DNA of 64,000 nucleotides from Phallusia mammillata (GCA_965637545.1 OZ281494.1:11346001-11410000); one strand, 5' to 3'; shown: positions 13,701-26,800, counted from the stretch's first letter. Notes: generated by a model not told the origin, from the sequence alone. Translations and numbers: made by a program.

Positions 13701-15618
13701 AACGATCGACCGTTTCACACAAAGTCAAAACTACCAAGGCTTCACGCAAACACCAACCTAGATGGGTTGCTGGCCGATGGAAGAAATGCCGATCCCAAGG
13801 CAAACAACAGTGCGGATCTGGTTGGAAAACAAGAATTGTTTCCTGCAAAATCGGAAAACGCGTCACAACTGGGTAAGTTTAAACTATATTTTTGAAACTG
13901 ACCAAAATTATAGACTGGTTTTGTTTCCGCTTAATTTTACAAGACAGATACCTTATAAACAAAGTGGGATGAAAGGAAAAACGATACATTTGAACACCAT
14001 TAAATGCGTATTAGCCCTTGTCGTTCAAAAAGTTTCGGAAATTAAAACCACTAACGAGTTTAAATGGCGCGTGCACTTCGCTTAAACATGGCCCGCAGTG
14101 TTATATCCAACGTGTCAGGAGTATCACAAAAACACGCTTCGGGTCACCACTTCACTTTCTGCGAGAACCTGCGATTAAGTTTTTGCCTCAATTGCGTTGC
14201 CCCAAGGTCATTAGTTTCAAGTGTATCATTGTGCTCGCTTAGCAACCGATGTGTGGGAATGGGAGGCTGAAAAGATATCGTTTTCTTGTTGTGCATTGTG
14301 GTTACAACCCTCTCACGCGCCACGCGCAGGTCGATTGAAGCTGTTTACGAACAAGTAGAAAGACACAGTTGGTGATGAACAGATGAGTCGCCCCCTAATA
14401 CCGGTGACTTAATTGCTTCAGCTCGCTACAATAAAAGAACGTGCGCGGTAACGCGGCTGTAAAGTCGAGACGCAAAAAACATGAAAAAGAAGTAACTTAA
14501 TCGACAATGGGTTTTGTGAAATGTTTGACTCCCAGAGCCTCACCAACAATGCCAGCAAGGGTAGGCGATAGTTCGAACCATGTTCTCACCGCATGTTATT
14601 GGCCAGGGTGACATGTTTTGCGCTCCCACACCAAGCATCAATTCGCGGTTGATCTAAAGCGGCCCGACATGCGCTTAGCGACTTAAGGCCAGAGAAACGT
14701 CGACTGATCTGTTTGTGGTTAAATCAACCTCCGGTCGCGTAATAATAACAGCAATGCGGTCTTGGTGGCAATCCGGCCGGAAGTTTTCGAAGGTCGTTAT
14801 TTGATTTACTCGTCATATTTATGTCACTGTTGACAGTTACAAAATAACATCGGCTTCACCAGGACATTTCAATTGCTTTGCCTCGCGATCTCTAGATACC
14901 TGGTTAATACGTAACCAGTGGCGCCCAGGGACTGTCTGGTTTTCTAATTGGGGCTTTGAATGCGGCAAGGCGCAAGAGATGTGCGTAATTGACATTTAAA
15001 ACCAGCGTCCGCTACCGTTGCAAAACAAACCACTACACAGCAACTGAGTGCGCTTGGATGAAAAATGGAGGATAACTTTTCCCACACATATCGTTCAATT
15101 TAAAACATACGGGCGTGTGAATATTTCAGATATCACACCAGTCATCAAGTTGAACGTAAAAATTATGCGACCGCAGTACCGTCAAGAAAACTAGCACACC
15201 CTCCTTGCGCACCGGTGGCCCGACCACAAACAGCCCCTTTTCAGAGTTTTGTTGAATGTGTGGTTTGCGAACTTTGCACGTATGAAAAAACTAACCAGTA
15301 TCTATCTTAATTTCCAGGTGCAACCCAGACATCAAACCCTACGACACCTTGCCTTGTTTCATCAAAGCTTGTCCCACAGTGCAGCCTCGACGCCGATTTC
15401 CGACTCAAGACAGCCAGCCAACTATCGTGAACCGCTACAACTACGCCTTCTGGAACGCCGGGTCATGGGGCCCTTGCTCAGCGTCATGTGGGCTTGGCAC
15501 CAAAATGCGCATTGTCAAATGTCAGATAAGATCAGGCCGTTTGGTCGCTAACTCAAAATGCGATGCCGGTCGTCGACCATCCGAGCGCCACGGCTGCAAG
15601 CTGCGAGAGTGTCCGTAA
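4705..15618 (+). CDS. ADAMTS: ADAMTS metalloprotease (ADAMTS1/4/5/8/15-like architecture), 13 exons, ~1029 aa
   Basis: Exons 4705-5379, 5449-5724, 5797-5980, 9557-9651, 9718-9924, 10879-11012, 11092-11253, 11326-11661, 11750-11889, 13132-13332, 13414-13601, 13682-13872, 15318-15618; all GT-AG, phases compatible, total 3090 nt. Signal peptide, prodomain with CGVKD cysteine switch, RRKR furin site, zinc motif [12 protein letters not shown] (N in place of G as in ADAMTS1-type), Met-turn HVMS, disintegrin-like, TSR ([17 protein letters not shown]), Cys-rich, spacer, two C-terminal TSRs. Exact paralog not assignable. Confidence 0.95.
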
Positions 15619-16591
15619 GGACGAATGAGGGAACAATCCGGAAAGGATATCTAAGTAAAGGAAAATGAGTTGAGCATTGGCTCAGTGCTGCTAGAAACAG
15701 CGGAGAAAGCGGCATCAGAAGGAGGGAAAGAACTCATGCGTGTGGTGCATGTCACATCCACGTACACTGTAGAAAGTTAGTTGGCTATCGAGGGCCGGTG
15801 TTAAAATGTCTACTTGCCCTGCACTGTTAAAGCACTGTGTCTGTTTTTTCTTTCTGTTATTTGTTTCGTATTTATTCGCGTGTAGATTCGTGTGCTAACG
15901 ACGCGACTTTACGCTAGTGCACGCCTTCATTGCAACCCACATAATTTATGCTTTTTCGAACATGTTCCTTATGTACAATTTCTTTTATTCTCCTCTCCAC
16001 TTGCCCATGTCCTAAACGGTATTCTTTTGTCACGGTAGAAAGCCTCCAGCCAAACTTTTTGTTTTGCGTCACGCAAATTCCTACAGTAGACCCTTGGTCT
16101 ATTCAGAAAAAAACGTTCGAACCCAAAACCAAACACGTTACAATTTTTCGACAAGTGGACATTATTTCAACTGGATTTTCATGTTTTTAATTGCGCCAAC
16201 AAGCGCTGCAAGCAGACTAGTGTGTTCGTGTGTGTTAAAAAACTGTTTTTAACCGTACTATATTTTTAGCGCGCTCCTCATTCTTAAGGTGCTACATATA
16301 ACCTCGAAATGCCGTTTACTTCTTCAACACAAAAACGAACAGTCTTCTTACTAACGGCGCCATACCCTTAAACGTCGTGCGTCCAATTAGGCAAAATTGC
16401 CTATGTACTTATCCTTTAGTAAATATATACATGTTTAGGTCCTACGAAACTATACTATTCAGTTGTTGGACTGTAAATCGCCTATTCGTGCCTATTTAGT
16501 TTTGTTTTGCCTTTGTCATGCGTGAACTTGTGCCCTTTTTTATTTATAACGAAGAAAATATTTTCATACAACTTTCATACAAAACAACTCC

Positions 16592-16597
16592 AATAAA
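16592..16597 (+). terminator. Likely ADAMTS polyadenylation signal
   Basis: AATAAA ~1 kb after the stop codon at the end of a T-rich 3' UTR-like stretch. Confidence 0.5.
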
Positions 16598-19449
16598 AAG
16601 TTGAAACAAAAACGTTTTTCTTGAAAAAATACAAGTAGTAGTTGAGCCCAGAGCCAGTTATGTAAGGGTAGGATTAGCGAGCTTGTTTTGCACGGAGCGC
16701 TGAGCAACAGAAATGCGAAAAGTTCTTTATCTTGAGACCCCAGGCCTAATTACTTGAGAAGCAACGTTTGTTTATATTTTCGTTGGCCCAAATAGTCGAC
16801 GCCCGGTGAGAGTGTTTCACGGGCGAAGCACTGGAACTCCAGTGTTTTCAGCCGCGCTAACAAGTCAAGGGCACGAACTTTTCAATCTCGCCCTAATGTC
16901 AACAACTCAGTACACAAATCTACAGTCACAGCTGAGCTTGAGTATAATGTATGGCGTGTCACAAAGGTTCAATAGCAAACAGAAATATCATGTGTTAGCA
17001 AGTCAGCGTTTACGATATTATGCATCGCTTATATACTACGGTTCCTGGCGAAGTCCTCAACTCCAAAACCATTAGGCTACCCCAAGCACTCAAATTTTCG
17101 CCGAAGCGACGCACAACAAATTTTCGTAATGGTTTGCTGTAAAAGCTTGGCTAATGCGACTTGAATGAGCGCGGTAAAATGTTATTGTTTAGTGCCACGT
17201 TCCAGTATGTTCACACAAAACGCATTCCGTAACGAAGGAATGCCCTTTTTAACAAAAAAATTATAAATATTTTATTAATGCGCTTTTCCATCCCTGTTTT
17301 TGTTTAGTTCATTACGGGAAAAAGCTCTGGTATGAACACGCTAAAACGTTTCCTATCATTTAGTTTGTACAACAATGATTCGTGTAAAAATGCAATACTT
17401 AACATGCAAAGTTTCAACATGTTTTCCGTCATTTCTAATTTAGTAGTCAAGGTGAATTAAATAAATATCGCAACAAGTTATTTCTTCGCCATATTGCTTT
17501 AACCTTTCACGCGCTGAGAAATAACCACCAGAAGGTAATTCCATGAACACAAATCAATTTTAAACACTGATCGCGCTATCCAAAGAAGGTCAAATGTGTA
17601 ATGGGGAATATGACATATAGTTAGGAATAAAATGTACATGCATTTAACGTGTATTTTTAGTGACTCTCGCTTCGTCCTGCGTCAACGGTGGTGTCGATTA
17701 TTGTCTGCGCAAGATCCATCTGGCCTACGTGACGTCACGGCGCTTGGCCTCTCTCGCGACCCGCTCAAAAATAGAGACCCCCGCGCTATTGTAAAGTATG
17801 ACGTATGGACTTCAGGGCGAAGGCAATAAATGTTCGGGGTCAGGGTTTGAATGAAACGCGCCAGCAGGAGAGAACAATTGAGGCTTTGGGTGACGGTGAG
17901 ACAAAGAGCTTTGCGCCGAAACAAAGATTTATCCCTGATTTTAAAAATAGCGTTCAATCTATAGCGCCCTACATTACAAGTAAAGTGTTTTGAAATTGGT
18001 TAATCTCCAGTAAAGGAGTTGGTACTGAAACATAATTTGTTGTGCATGTACACTTGCTCCATCATTAATACAAATATACTGTCAACAAAGCATCGTTTGG
18101 GAATTACAGTTTCTGACATATTATTTGTAAACAAGCGGAATATTAGGAAAAATTTCCATTGGGGTGTACCCCAGTGCCTTAAACGGGATTAAGTAAATCA
18201 AACCGAGGCTATTGTTGATGTTGCCAACAACTGGCGAGGTTTAACAAGAATTATAAGGTAAACAATGAATCGCCTTTATGTGACTTACTCGAGGAACATT
18301 TGGCAAAACGAATGAAAACGCACAAAACAATTTCGACCCAACGACACATTTTATTTTGTATAAAGCACCCTATGCAACCTAGACCGTATCTACTACAGAA
18401 TACTACAGATGTGCCAGTGGCCTTTTCACCGAAGTAGTTATATATATACATAGTAGGCATTTTTATAACCAGCCAAGTTCAAGACGCGTTTATTCTTTTG
18501 CAAATGTCAACAACTTCCTAGGTCTTGGCGTGAACAATCGCAGATCATTTAATGGCCCGCGAACACATGTTGTGCTGTCAATCAAAAAATCTCCCATGCA
18601 GAATGTACGATATGTCAAGGCGCTTGAACTTTCCCGTGCATGATCGTCGAGTTTTCCGGATCAGGACTCTTTTTCAGTGCCTATATAGATCTCGACTTTT
18701 TGATAGCGATCAACGAACCGCGCGCGTGCCTAATGAATGAGGCTGTGGCTGTCTGCCTAAATGAGCGAGATTACGAGTGTACACAAACAAACCAGGCCAG
18801 ATTTGCAGGCGATCGCCCAGCACAAAGCGCTTATTGTCTGACCCTTTAATGCGGTAACGCTTCAGGGCGCCGCTCTGTTTCGTGGTCGTTGAAAGTATAA
18901 TATATTACATAATGCACAAACAGTGCGATCCGCAATAAATGAATTTTCAACGTAAAAACCGTGAACAAAAGCAAACTGTTTACGTTGGTGGATGCAAAAT
19001 TTCATCCGCAAAAATTGTGGTAGGAAGTTGGAAAACATTCAAACGCTATATTCCCGGTATTTGCCCAAATAAATAATTATTTTAGCGAAATAGATCTACG
19101 TATCGAACCTTGCCATTTTGACACGTTCATCAAACACGTATCGTAGGAATTTTCAATGGACTTTCAATAGGAGTGAGTAAAAATAAACACGAAGATATGA
19201 TATAAGCGCATCATCATGTCACCAAGCAGGAAAAATGCGGCTGGTTAACCACGTTCTCGAGCGGATGTCAATCAGTAGTAACTCGTGAGAAAACAATGAG
19301 GTTCCAATCGGCACCAAGTCACAGATCAACTGTGACGTCAACAAATGGACCGAATTAAACGAAATCTTGCGACACGTCGAATCTCAAACCGCTGAAAGGT
19401 TGCGTAAAATCGTACTATTCAATGTGAAACAAAGCAGGCTGCTGGCAAA

Positions 19450-19720
19450 CAGATGTCACTGGAAGAAGTTTCTCCACAAATGAGCTAGATTGGGCTGTTG
19501 GTAAAACGATTGGCGGAAGTCGTTTTGAAGGTTTATTGCGATCGTTTCTGTAACAGTGTGACAGACTGCTGACAAAAAGCTGGAGGCTCACAGGGTGACA
19601 GTGAATACAGTCGAGTAATGCATAAAAGCAAGGTATCAAATTTGACTTAACTAAAAAAAACGTGAATGATAACAACATGGCAATGTTACAAAGATTAATG
19701 AAGTCAGAAAAGCTGTTGCG
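19450..19720 (+). pseudogene. Decayed death-fold-domain coding relic
   Basis: Across frameshifts/stops the + strand reads ...WAVGKTIGGSRFEGLLRSFL... and ...ADKKLEAHRVTVNTVE*CIKARYQI*LN*KKRE, resembling the death-domain pattern (IG..W..L.R.L ... YQML..W) and the ARKFSLLEKW segment at ~23530-23563. Pattern recognition only. Confidence 0.35.
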
Positions 19721-20035
19721 CACCAACAATTAAAATGATAACGCTGAGAATGCAAATAAACACAAACGGTTAAGTTACCCTAAGTCTCTCATAAAAAGCA
19801 CCATTTGAAAGACCCAAACCCGTTTTTCGACTTGCGCGAAAGTGAATGCTATTTAAAAGTTCAAACAATACAAACATGCAAGAAATAAAAAATAACGTTG
19901 TTTGTTCTTATTTTATATTTTCATGCTAATTCCAGCTTTGTTAAACTGTTTAAGCTTTTACCGGTAGATAGAAGGTATAGGAATCAGTGAAGTTCTCGTC
20001 CTAAAATACATTATAATAGTCGCTGCAGTCCTAGA

Positions 20036-20050
20036 GCGCCATCTAGCGCC
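20036..20050 (-). promoter_or_regulatory. CTCF-like motif
   Basis: Minus strand GGCGCTAGATGGCGC matches the CCRSYAGRKGGCRS core at 13/14 positions. Confidence 0.35.
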
Positions 20051-21041
20051 AACATTGTAATCCTGTATCTTACAATTCATAATACTTGCAGATGAGCCAA
20101 ATGCACAGACAACTGATTGAAACAGCCTCACAATCGATTGCAGTGACAAAATCGTGGCCACAACCAAGTTAGTAAAAATAAAACATAGACTTACCATTTA
20201 ATAAATGCAGTTCATCCTTTTTTCCAAAGATAAATATCCCATTTTCTGTTGCATTATATACTACATACATTTTAAATGACAACATCAACAACCAGACCAC
20301 TACAAACAATGATATGTTGAAATAACAATTAAAGGTGCTTAGCAACTGTGCAGTGATTGAAACTATCACATCAAAAACACAACATTCTTCACATTAAAAC
20401 CACAAAACACTGCTCAAATGGTGCACAAAAAATGTTTAAAAACCCATTTCCTAATGACTCTTGAGTTTTGCACACCATTTCCACACATAAAAATAATTAG
20501 TATGGTGCTTATTTTAAAGATTTTCTGTTTCAAATGTGTGGCAAACAAAAAGCTGGCTACCTAAATTATAGCTGTTTTTACAAAATGTGCAAACAATAGA
20601 TAGTACATAAAATTGCCAAAATCAGTCCAAAGTTGAATATTTCAAACCCTTTATTAAAAGTTACATATTCTTTATGTACAAAACTGTGATAATCAGCAGT
20701 ACCTTACAAGGTTTATCATACTTTCATTTATGATTTGAGGCATTACAAAGTTGCTGTTTCAATTCAAATCCACCTATCATGCTTTTTGTGGTTATGTTGA
20801 GATCATTTTTTTTTAAATCTTGTATTGTCCAATTCATTTTTTTAAATCAGTGCCATAAGAGTCGACAAAAGTATTACTGATATTCAATAACTGATAGCCA
20901 CCAAAACTTAAACCTCTGTGGACACATGACTTGGTTTTCACTTGTGTAGTGTCTCAGTTGTTTTAGCACAAAGCCAATTCATACCAAGATACCATCAAAA
21001 TTTTGAAAACTAACCCATTGAATGAATGTCGCTAAATAGAA

Positions 21042-21310
21042 CAGTGGTTCCCAACCTTTTTGTAGTCATGGACCCCTTTTATAAATTTTATAGGTCAGCA
21101 GACCCCCAACGCAATTTAGTCATGTTATGTTTTTTGTTTCCTGCATTATACATTATTATACTTTTGCTTATAAGGGCAGAATTTTCATCAACCTTCACAG
21201 TCCCCCAATCTCAATAAAGTTCTGTGCTGTAGCAGTCAATGCAACGGAGAGATAAATTTTCTGGTGTACAATACTTTAAACAAAGCACAATAAGTTCTAT
21301 AGTTAATAAA
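21042..21310 (+). mobile_element. Truncated hAT (Buster/Charlie-type) MITE, left end only
   Basis: Starts CAGTGGTTCCCAACC, the same terminus as the complete elements at 27915 and 42630; no matching right TIR found. Confidence 0.6.
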
Positions 21311-21645
21311 GTATATCTAAACATGAAATAATCCAATTTAATGTAATATATTAGCCAAAATACAACATATATGAAAGTTTTAATTATAAATTGCTCTATA
21401 CTAGATGGTAAAAAAGCTTACTTCTTCCTTATCATCACTCTATTTTTTTTGTTACAGTTATAACATTGAGACATTTGTGGTTATCTGGGTGGAACATTTG
21501 TAGGCTTATACTGTTCCAATGGTCATTACAAACGTTACAAAAACTATCTAGATTTTATAGCCATCATATAGATCCAAAATTTTACATCTAGACTTAACCA
21601 AAACCGTCCAGACTTAGCTATAAAATATCTCGAGTGGCAGTCCTA
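21311..21645 (-). mobile_element. Partial copy of the hAT MITE at 53358-53767
   Basis: Reverse-complement similarity over ~330 bp to 53358-53680; ends in AGTGGCAGTCCTA (TIR-like). Confidence 0.8.
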
Positions 21646-22025
21646 ACTAGCTTACCTGAAATTGAGCTTCAGCTTTTTCCGGCGGGACAAACTACATTTA
21701 CATCACAAGCATTTCCCGCCAAAACATTTAGCGCCAAAATGTGAAAACCAAGTTCAACAAATTTTGACATTTTTATAAAAATGCAATTATTTGCAATGAC
21801 TGTCGACTTACAATAAATATATGCGCCCCTTTTCTACTTTTCTCAGGGAAATCAGAACATCTGGATGACAATAGTGATGGGGAAATTTAAATGACACGTT
21901 AAAAAAATCCCCCTTCCATACAAGATGGACTAGATCCGATTGTCGTGTTTTGTTTTGGCAGGTGACTAATAGTTTTCAAGTGTTATTTGACTGCATTTGT
22001 TCCGTAATTAGACATATTTCACGCA

Positions 22026-23876
22026 ATGGATGATTGTTGCTTCTTTTCGATGGTTTTGGAACATTTGCAGGTAACTGAAGTGACAAATCAGAAAATATTG
22101 TTAAGCCTAAACTGATTGATAAACAGAAGCACATGTTTCAACATGCAATTTTGACGGAAAAACTTTTTTTTGTTTCACAAAGGACAAAATTAAATACTTT
22201 GGATTAACATCCTTGAATAAGTATATTTTGTGGTATTTGTACCTTATAGTTCTAACTACTGCATGTCAATTGTGAAATACTTTCCTACTTTCTAGACACA
22301 ACACAAGACACTCCACAAAGTCTTTGGGGAGTTTCAAAATATTTCAAGAGTACCTGTTTCACAAGAATGCAAATTTGGACTTACCAAAATCATGTTTGAT
22401 GTTGGCAAAATGTTTCAGCAAAACAAAAACCTCTTGCAACACTTTAAAATGTACCTGAAGTGCAACCAGTGGAAAAATGTGCAATTAAATCCTATGCTTC
22501 TTTCAACAAGCATAAACTGTAATGAAACCTCTGCTGCAACTGCTGATAGAAAAGATCTGGAAATAATTAAATCTGCTATAGAGGTACCAAAGAATGTTAT
22601 GTTGCAATACCACCATAAAACTCAAAGTAGCATGACAAGTTTTGTTCTAAACACAAACCCACAAGCTGTATTAGGCAATAAATTTCCAGCTCCACACACT
22701 TTACCATTACCTTCTGAGACTCCTTGCTTTGATGAAAGTGAGCACTCTACTTCAAGTTCTGATGTTTTTCATGCAAGTCCCCCTGTTTTAAAACTACCCA
22801 ACATTGAGTTTGGGGATGTTGGTACTGTGGATCGCAATCAATTTGAGGGCCCTGTTGTTAATAACGCCAGACCAGTTTTAGCATCCTCAAAGTCAGACCC
22901 AAACAACAGTCCGGGTAAAATGCAGAAGCATTCTTCTAAAGAAAGATGGTTAGTTTTGTATTGTAACTAGAATTTGCTTATGATTACAATCTAAATAAGT
23001 TAAAAATAAAAAAAAAACTTTTATAAAAGCTTGTAGAAAGACTGATGATGGCATGAGCATTTGCCGAAACGTTTGAACAATAAAGCATGTCGCTTTTTAC
23101 GTCTATTTGGGCCGTTATTTTCACCATTAAACTTTTAGAAAGAATTTAGTGGAAACTTTGAATTACTACATTTCTTTGTGCAGTAAAACGGATTCTGACT
23201 TACACAATCATAATGAAAATGATGTATGTACCTCTTCACAATCTGCTGCATCATTTTTTGTTGGACCCCCTCTCAGCACCAAGTGTAAGTTTGTGAACAT
23301 TGATTTGTGCAATTGTTTATTATTTTTATTTTTTATAATTTTATTTTTTTTAATTATTTTTCCATAACATGAAACTACATCCTTGTTGTTTAGGTTTACG
23401 AAATGTCTTCAAAACATTTATAAAAACTCGACTTCCACAACAAAACTCTTGGTTCACCTTTATAAGATTTGGCCTGGAACTTTCCGATCAAGACATCAAT
23501 CACATACTGGAAGATTTTAAGGATAATGCTTTTGCCAGGAAATTTTCATTGCTTGAAAAGTGGGCAGAGGGTATGTACAGGAATTGTATTAGTATTTTAC
23601 AATGTAGGGACAGAGAATTATAGACCTACTTGGTGGGTTTACTCATCACTCATCAGGATGCTGCCACAAATGTATTGTAAACAATCAAAGATAGATGCTG
23701 AAGAGTTGATTGGATATGTAGTCATACAATAAGTTGGAAATAAATATCTGTTAGAATGACAGTTGTTACAGTTTTGGTGTGTAACCATATGATATTCTAT
23801 TGTTGTAGGGAAAACTTTTGAAACGGAAGACGAGGTTATGAATCTACTGGATGCAGCATGCAGAGCATCGATGTAA
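22026..23876 (+). CDS. Putative spliced gene or pseudogene: N-terminal PAH/harmonin-homology-like helical domain, S/T/P-rich linker, C-terminal death-fold domain
   Basis: Exons 22026-22070, 22296-22914 (or -22948), ~23150-23284, 23394-23570, then 23608- and/or 23809-23876. MDDCCFFSMVLEHLQ|TQHKTLHKVFGEFQ...IMFDVGKMFQQNKNLLQHFKMYL fits the PAH pattern (V..LF..H.DLL..F..FL); WFTFIRFGLELSDQDINHILEDFKDNAFARKFSLLEKWAEG fits a death domain. The junction into the ~23140 exon is ambiguous (22948->23139 creates TGA; 22914->23150 is open). Confidence 0.55.
23030..23100 (+). mobile_element. Penelope-like retroelement terminal remnant with hammerhead-like core
   Basis: CTGATGA(T)-GGCA/loop/TGCC-GAAACGTT followed by AATAAA at 23079; stem I not intact. 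Confidence 0.4.
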
Positions 23877-26800
23877 ACATCAAAGGTTTTTAATACAATT
23901 TGAACTCAGTGTCTTGGAAAGACCTTTTTTGCATTGTTAACTTGGAAAACCCACAAAAGAGGCATTTCATTTAAAGTGTGTGGTGAAAAATGTAGCAACT
24001 ACTAAAATTGGCTTTGCTGGTATAAATGTTTTCTGGTACCAACAAATTCACAATTTATTTTGTTCCAAGAGGAATTATTTATGTTATGCATTGTTTCTCT
24101 CATGTTTCTGCTGTGCACTGTAATTTGTACTGAGAAGTTTCATGATATGAAAGTTTTAGTGGACTGACACCACCAATCTGTAGCAATCATGTACTTGCAA
24201 AATGCAACAGTTTTTAAATTTTTAGTCTGCGTAGTATCCTTTTATTGTGCCATGGCATTCCTTTAAGAGCAAACATGTCTTCTGCTTTATTTTGTTTTTA
24301 TTAGAAAAAAATCTGCTATTTTTATTCAAACGTTAGTAAGCTGCAGTTGTGTTTCTTGTGCAGTGACCTTTTCTTATGTATCGTTTATAATCAACTTGTG
24401 TGGGGTTTGATAATAATTTTTGTCTCATGATATTTTTTAGCATTTTATAAAAAAGAAAGGGCCATGTATGTAAGTTTATTTTGTGTTACAACATTACCAA
24501 TTATCACAACAGCATACAAAAACATTAGTCAAAATTTCTGTGTGTTCCACTTTATACTGTCCAAATACCATTCCGTTATTTCCACTGGAAACATATATGT
24601 CCGCTATTTAATGTGCCACCCAAATGCTACTGATGTTTCTTTTTTATGAACCAACTCAAAGTGATAGCATGTTAAAAAAATAAAAGTTGACAAAACCTGG
24701 TGTATTGTTACATTTTAATTTGTTTGTTGCTATCTTTTTCAACGCCAAAGGAAATGTTGGCTTGCATATAAACATGTTCAAAAACAGTAGATTACTTATA
24801 AATAATATAATATGCTTTACTTAAATCAACTCAACTTATACCCTGGGTCCATAAGAGTTTAAGCGGCCCACTAATATCAGTTTAAAATTGAAATCAACTA
24901 TTAGGCATGTTTTTTTGATTTAAAGGTGAAACATTATTTAGCTGATTATGAAATTTAGCATTTTACTTTACATGTTAAATACAGATCGATGGGGCATCAA
25001 AATATACCTAATATTCGAAAGCGTCCCAAGAGTGTATGGCACCAGCACATTCTTTTCCTTTCCAGAGCCCCTGGTTGTACCAATAGCGAAATAGGTTTAT
25101 TAGTTGTTTACAATGGCAAAATAAGAAAACGTTCGGACAAAAAAAATGTATTTAACTAATATTACAAGGCGTTATTGCAAACCGTTGTCTTTAAAAGTTG
25201 CTTACGTTAATTACCCACATGCAGATGCTTTAATTATTCTAAAGCAATTGTTACGTGCGCTACATCGTCATAATTGTGTCACGGTGTTTACAAATGCATG
25301 TGACATGTCTCTATGTATCTTGGTATCGAAACACGTCAATCATATTTTCGTTACGTATTAAAGTCAACGCATAAGACTTTGCAAAGCTGCGAAATCAAGT
25401 ATGACACATTTTTCATGCCAACCAAGGAGCAATGCTGAAGCCGTGACCTCTTGGGCAAGAGACCGCTACTGTTTATGGACATGTAATGCGTCATTTGGTG
25501 CTTTTTGTACGTAACGATGATGTTGCAATTTAACATAGGTTTCGATGTTAAGTTCAATTACGCAGATAACTTATACCAACACGGTGCTCACAAAAGTATA
25601 CTAAATTGTATGTACTTTGATAATCGCTGGTGTAAATGTCAGTGTCATTAGGTTTTACTTTATGAGAAAAAATGATTCAGTTGTTTCCCCTTCGTGAAAA
25701 AACTCAGAGATGCAAGGTCGGAAATACGTCAAAATATTTTGGAGTTTGATCAAGTGTGGAGAATGATGAGTGATTCACCGGAAAAAATTGGGATTGTGAC
25801 TAAGGGATCACCACCCTAAAAAAACTTTTTGGACTGGCTTAGATACACGTTTAGTAAGCATGGTGTAAAATAACCCTCATTACGTATTTTATGTGGTGGC
25901 AACAGCCAACAAATATCACTGCAGTTACAAAACCTGGCTGTCATTGTGTTTGGTTTTCGGATAGCTGTACTTCAATAACAACAGTTAAATGCGTTTTGAA
26001 TTTGTATCTTTGTTTGTCCATTGTCAAAATTTGTGTCTTTGGCAAAAAGAAAAAAAAATACTTCAAGCGATGCCACCAAGAAGTAGAAATGAATGCAACA
26101 CACCGCTAGATGTCCCTCGCGACTCACATACATTTTTAAACTTGATGTGAGAAGTTCAACTCGACGATTGATGCGATGGTAAAATTAAGAACAAAGAAAT
26201 CGACATTGTTATTTTTACAGAAGATAGAGCTTTAAGGCAAGAAAACTTTTACTTGAATTTTAACTTTTTTTGCCAAATCAAATTTCTTCTATGGTAATGT
26301 ATAATTTATGTAACTTTACAAGACGCAAATTTTTGAAAACTGATTTTTGGGGAAGCGCAATTTATGAGTAATGATCGTAAATGTTGTGTGGATGACAACA
26401 AGTGTTGACAAACAAGCCACGTAACTATATGAAACAAATTTCAACTGAACAGGCCAGACAAACAAAGGCGACTTGTTTTTGTTGCCAAACACGTTTGTTA
26501 CCCACAATACGAGTGATTGTCTAAAAATTTGGCGAAGAAAGATTTTAGCAAACCGCACTTTACGTGCCTGCGTTGCAAGTTCGTATTAATTATAACGCGT
26601 TGACAGACGAGAAAAGTCTAAGAAGGTTTCCAGTTTACTAGACATTGGAATGCGGTGTTTAGAAAACAAAGATGTTGTGCTGTTATACCAGACTGGTTTG
26701 GAAACAAATGTTCGGGAAATGGAGATGACATTTTCATCTTGCACGGCACTGACCGTTTATTAAAAAAAGTATTTTATGAGGTCGTCGTAAAATTTCCGCT

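Noticed and set aside
19958-20369. Minus-strand hydrophobic ORFs as a membrane-protein gene
   Set aside because: One donor-like site but no convincing next exon or family motif; AT-rich DNA readily gives hydrophobic ORFs.
22947-23139. Junction-created TGA as a selenocysteine codon, given the nearby tRNA-Sec
   Set aside because: No SECIS recognised, no selenoprotein-like context, and tRNA proximity is irrelevant to recoding; alternative splicing or pseudogenisation is simpler.
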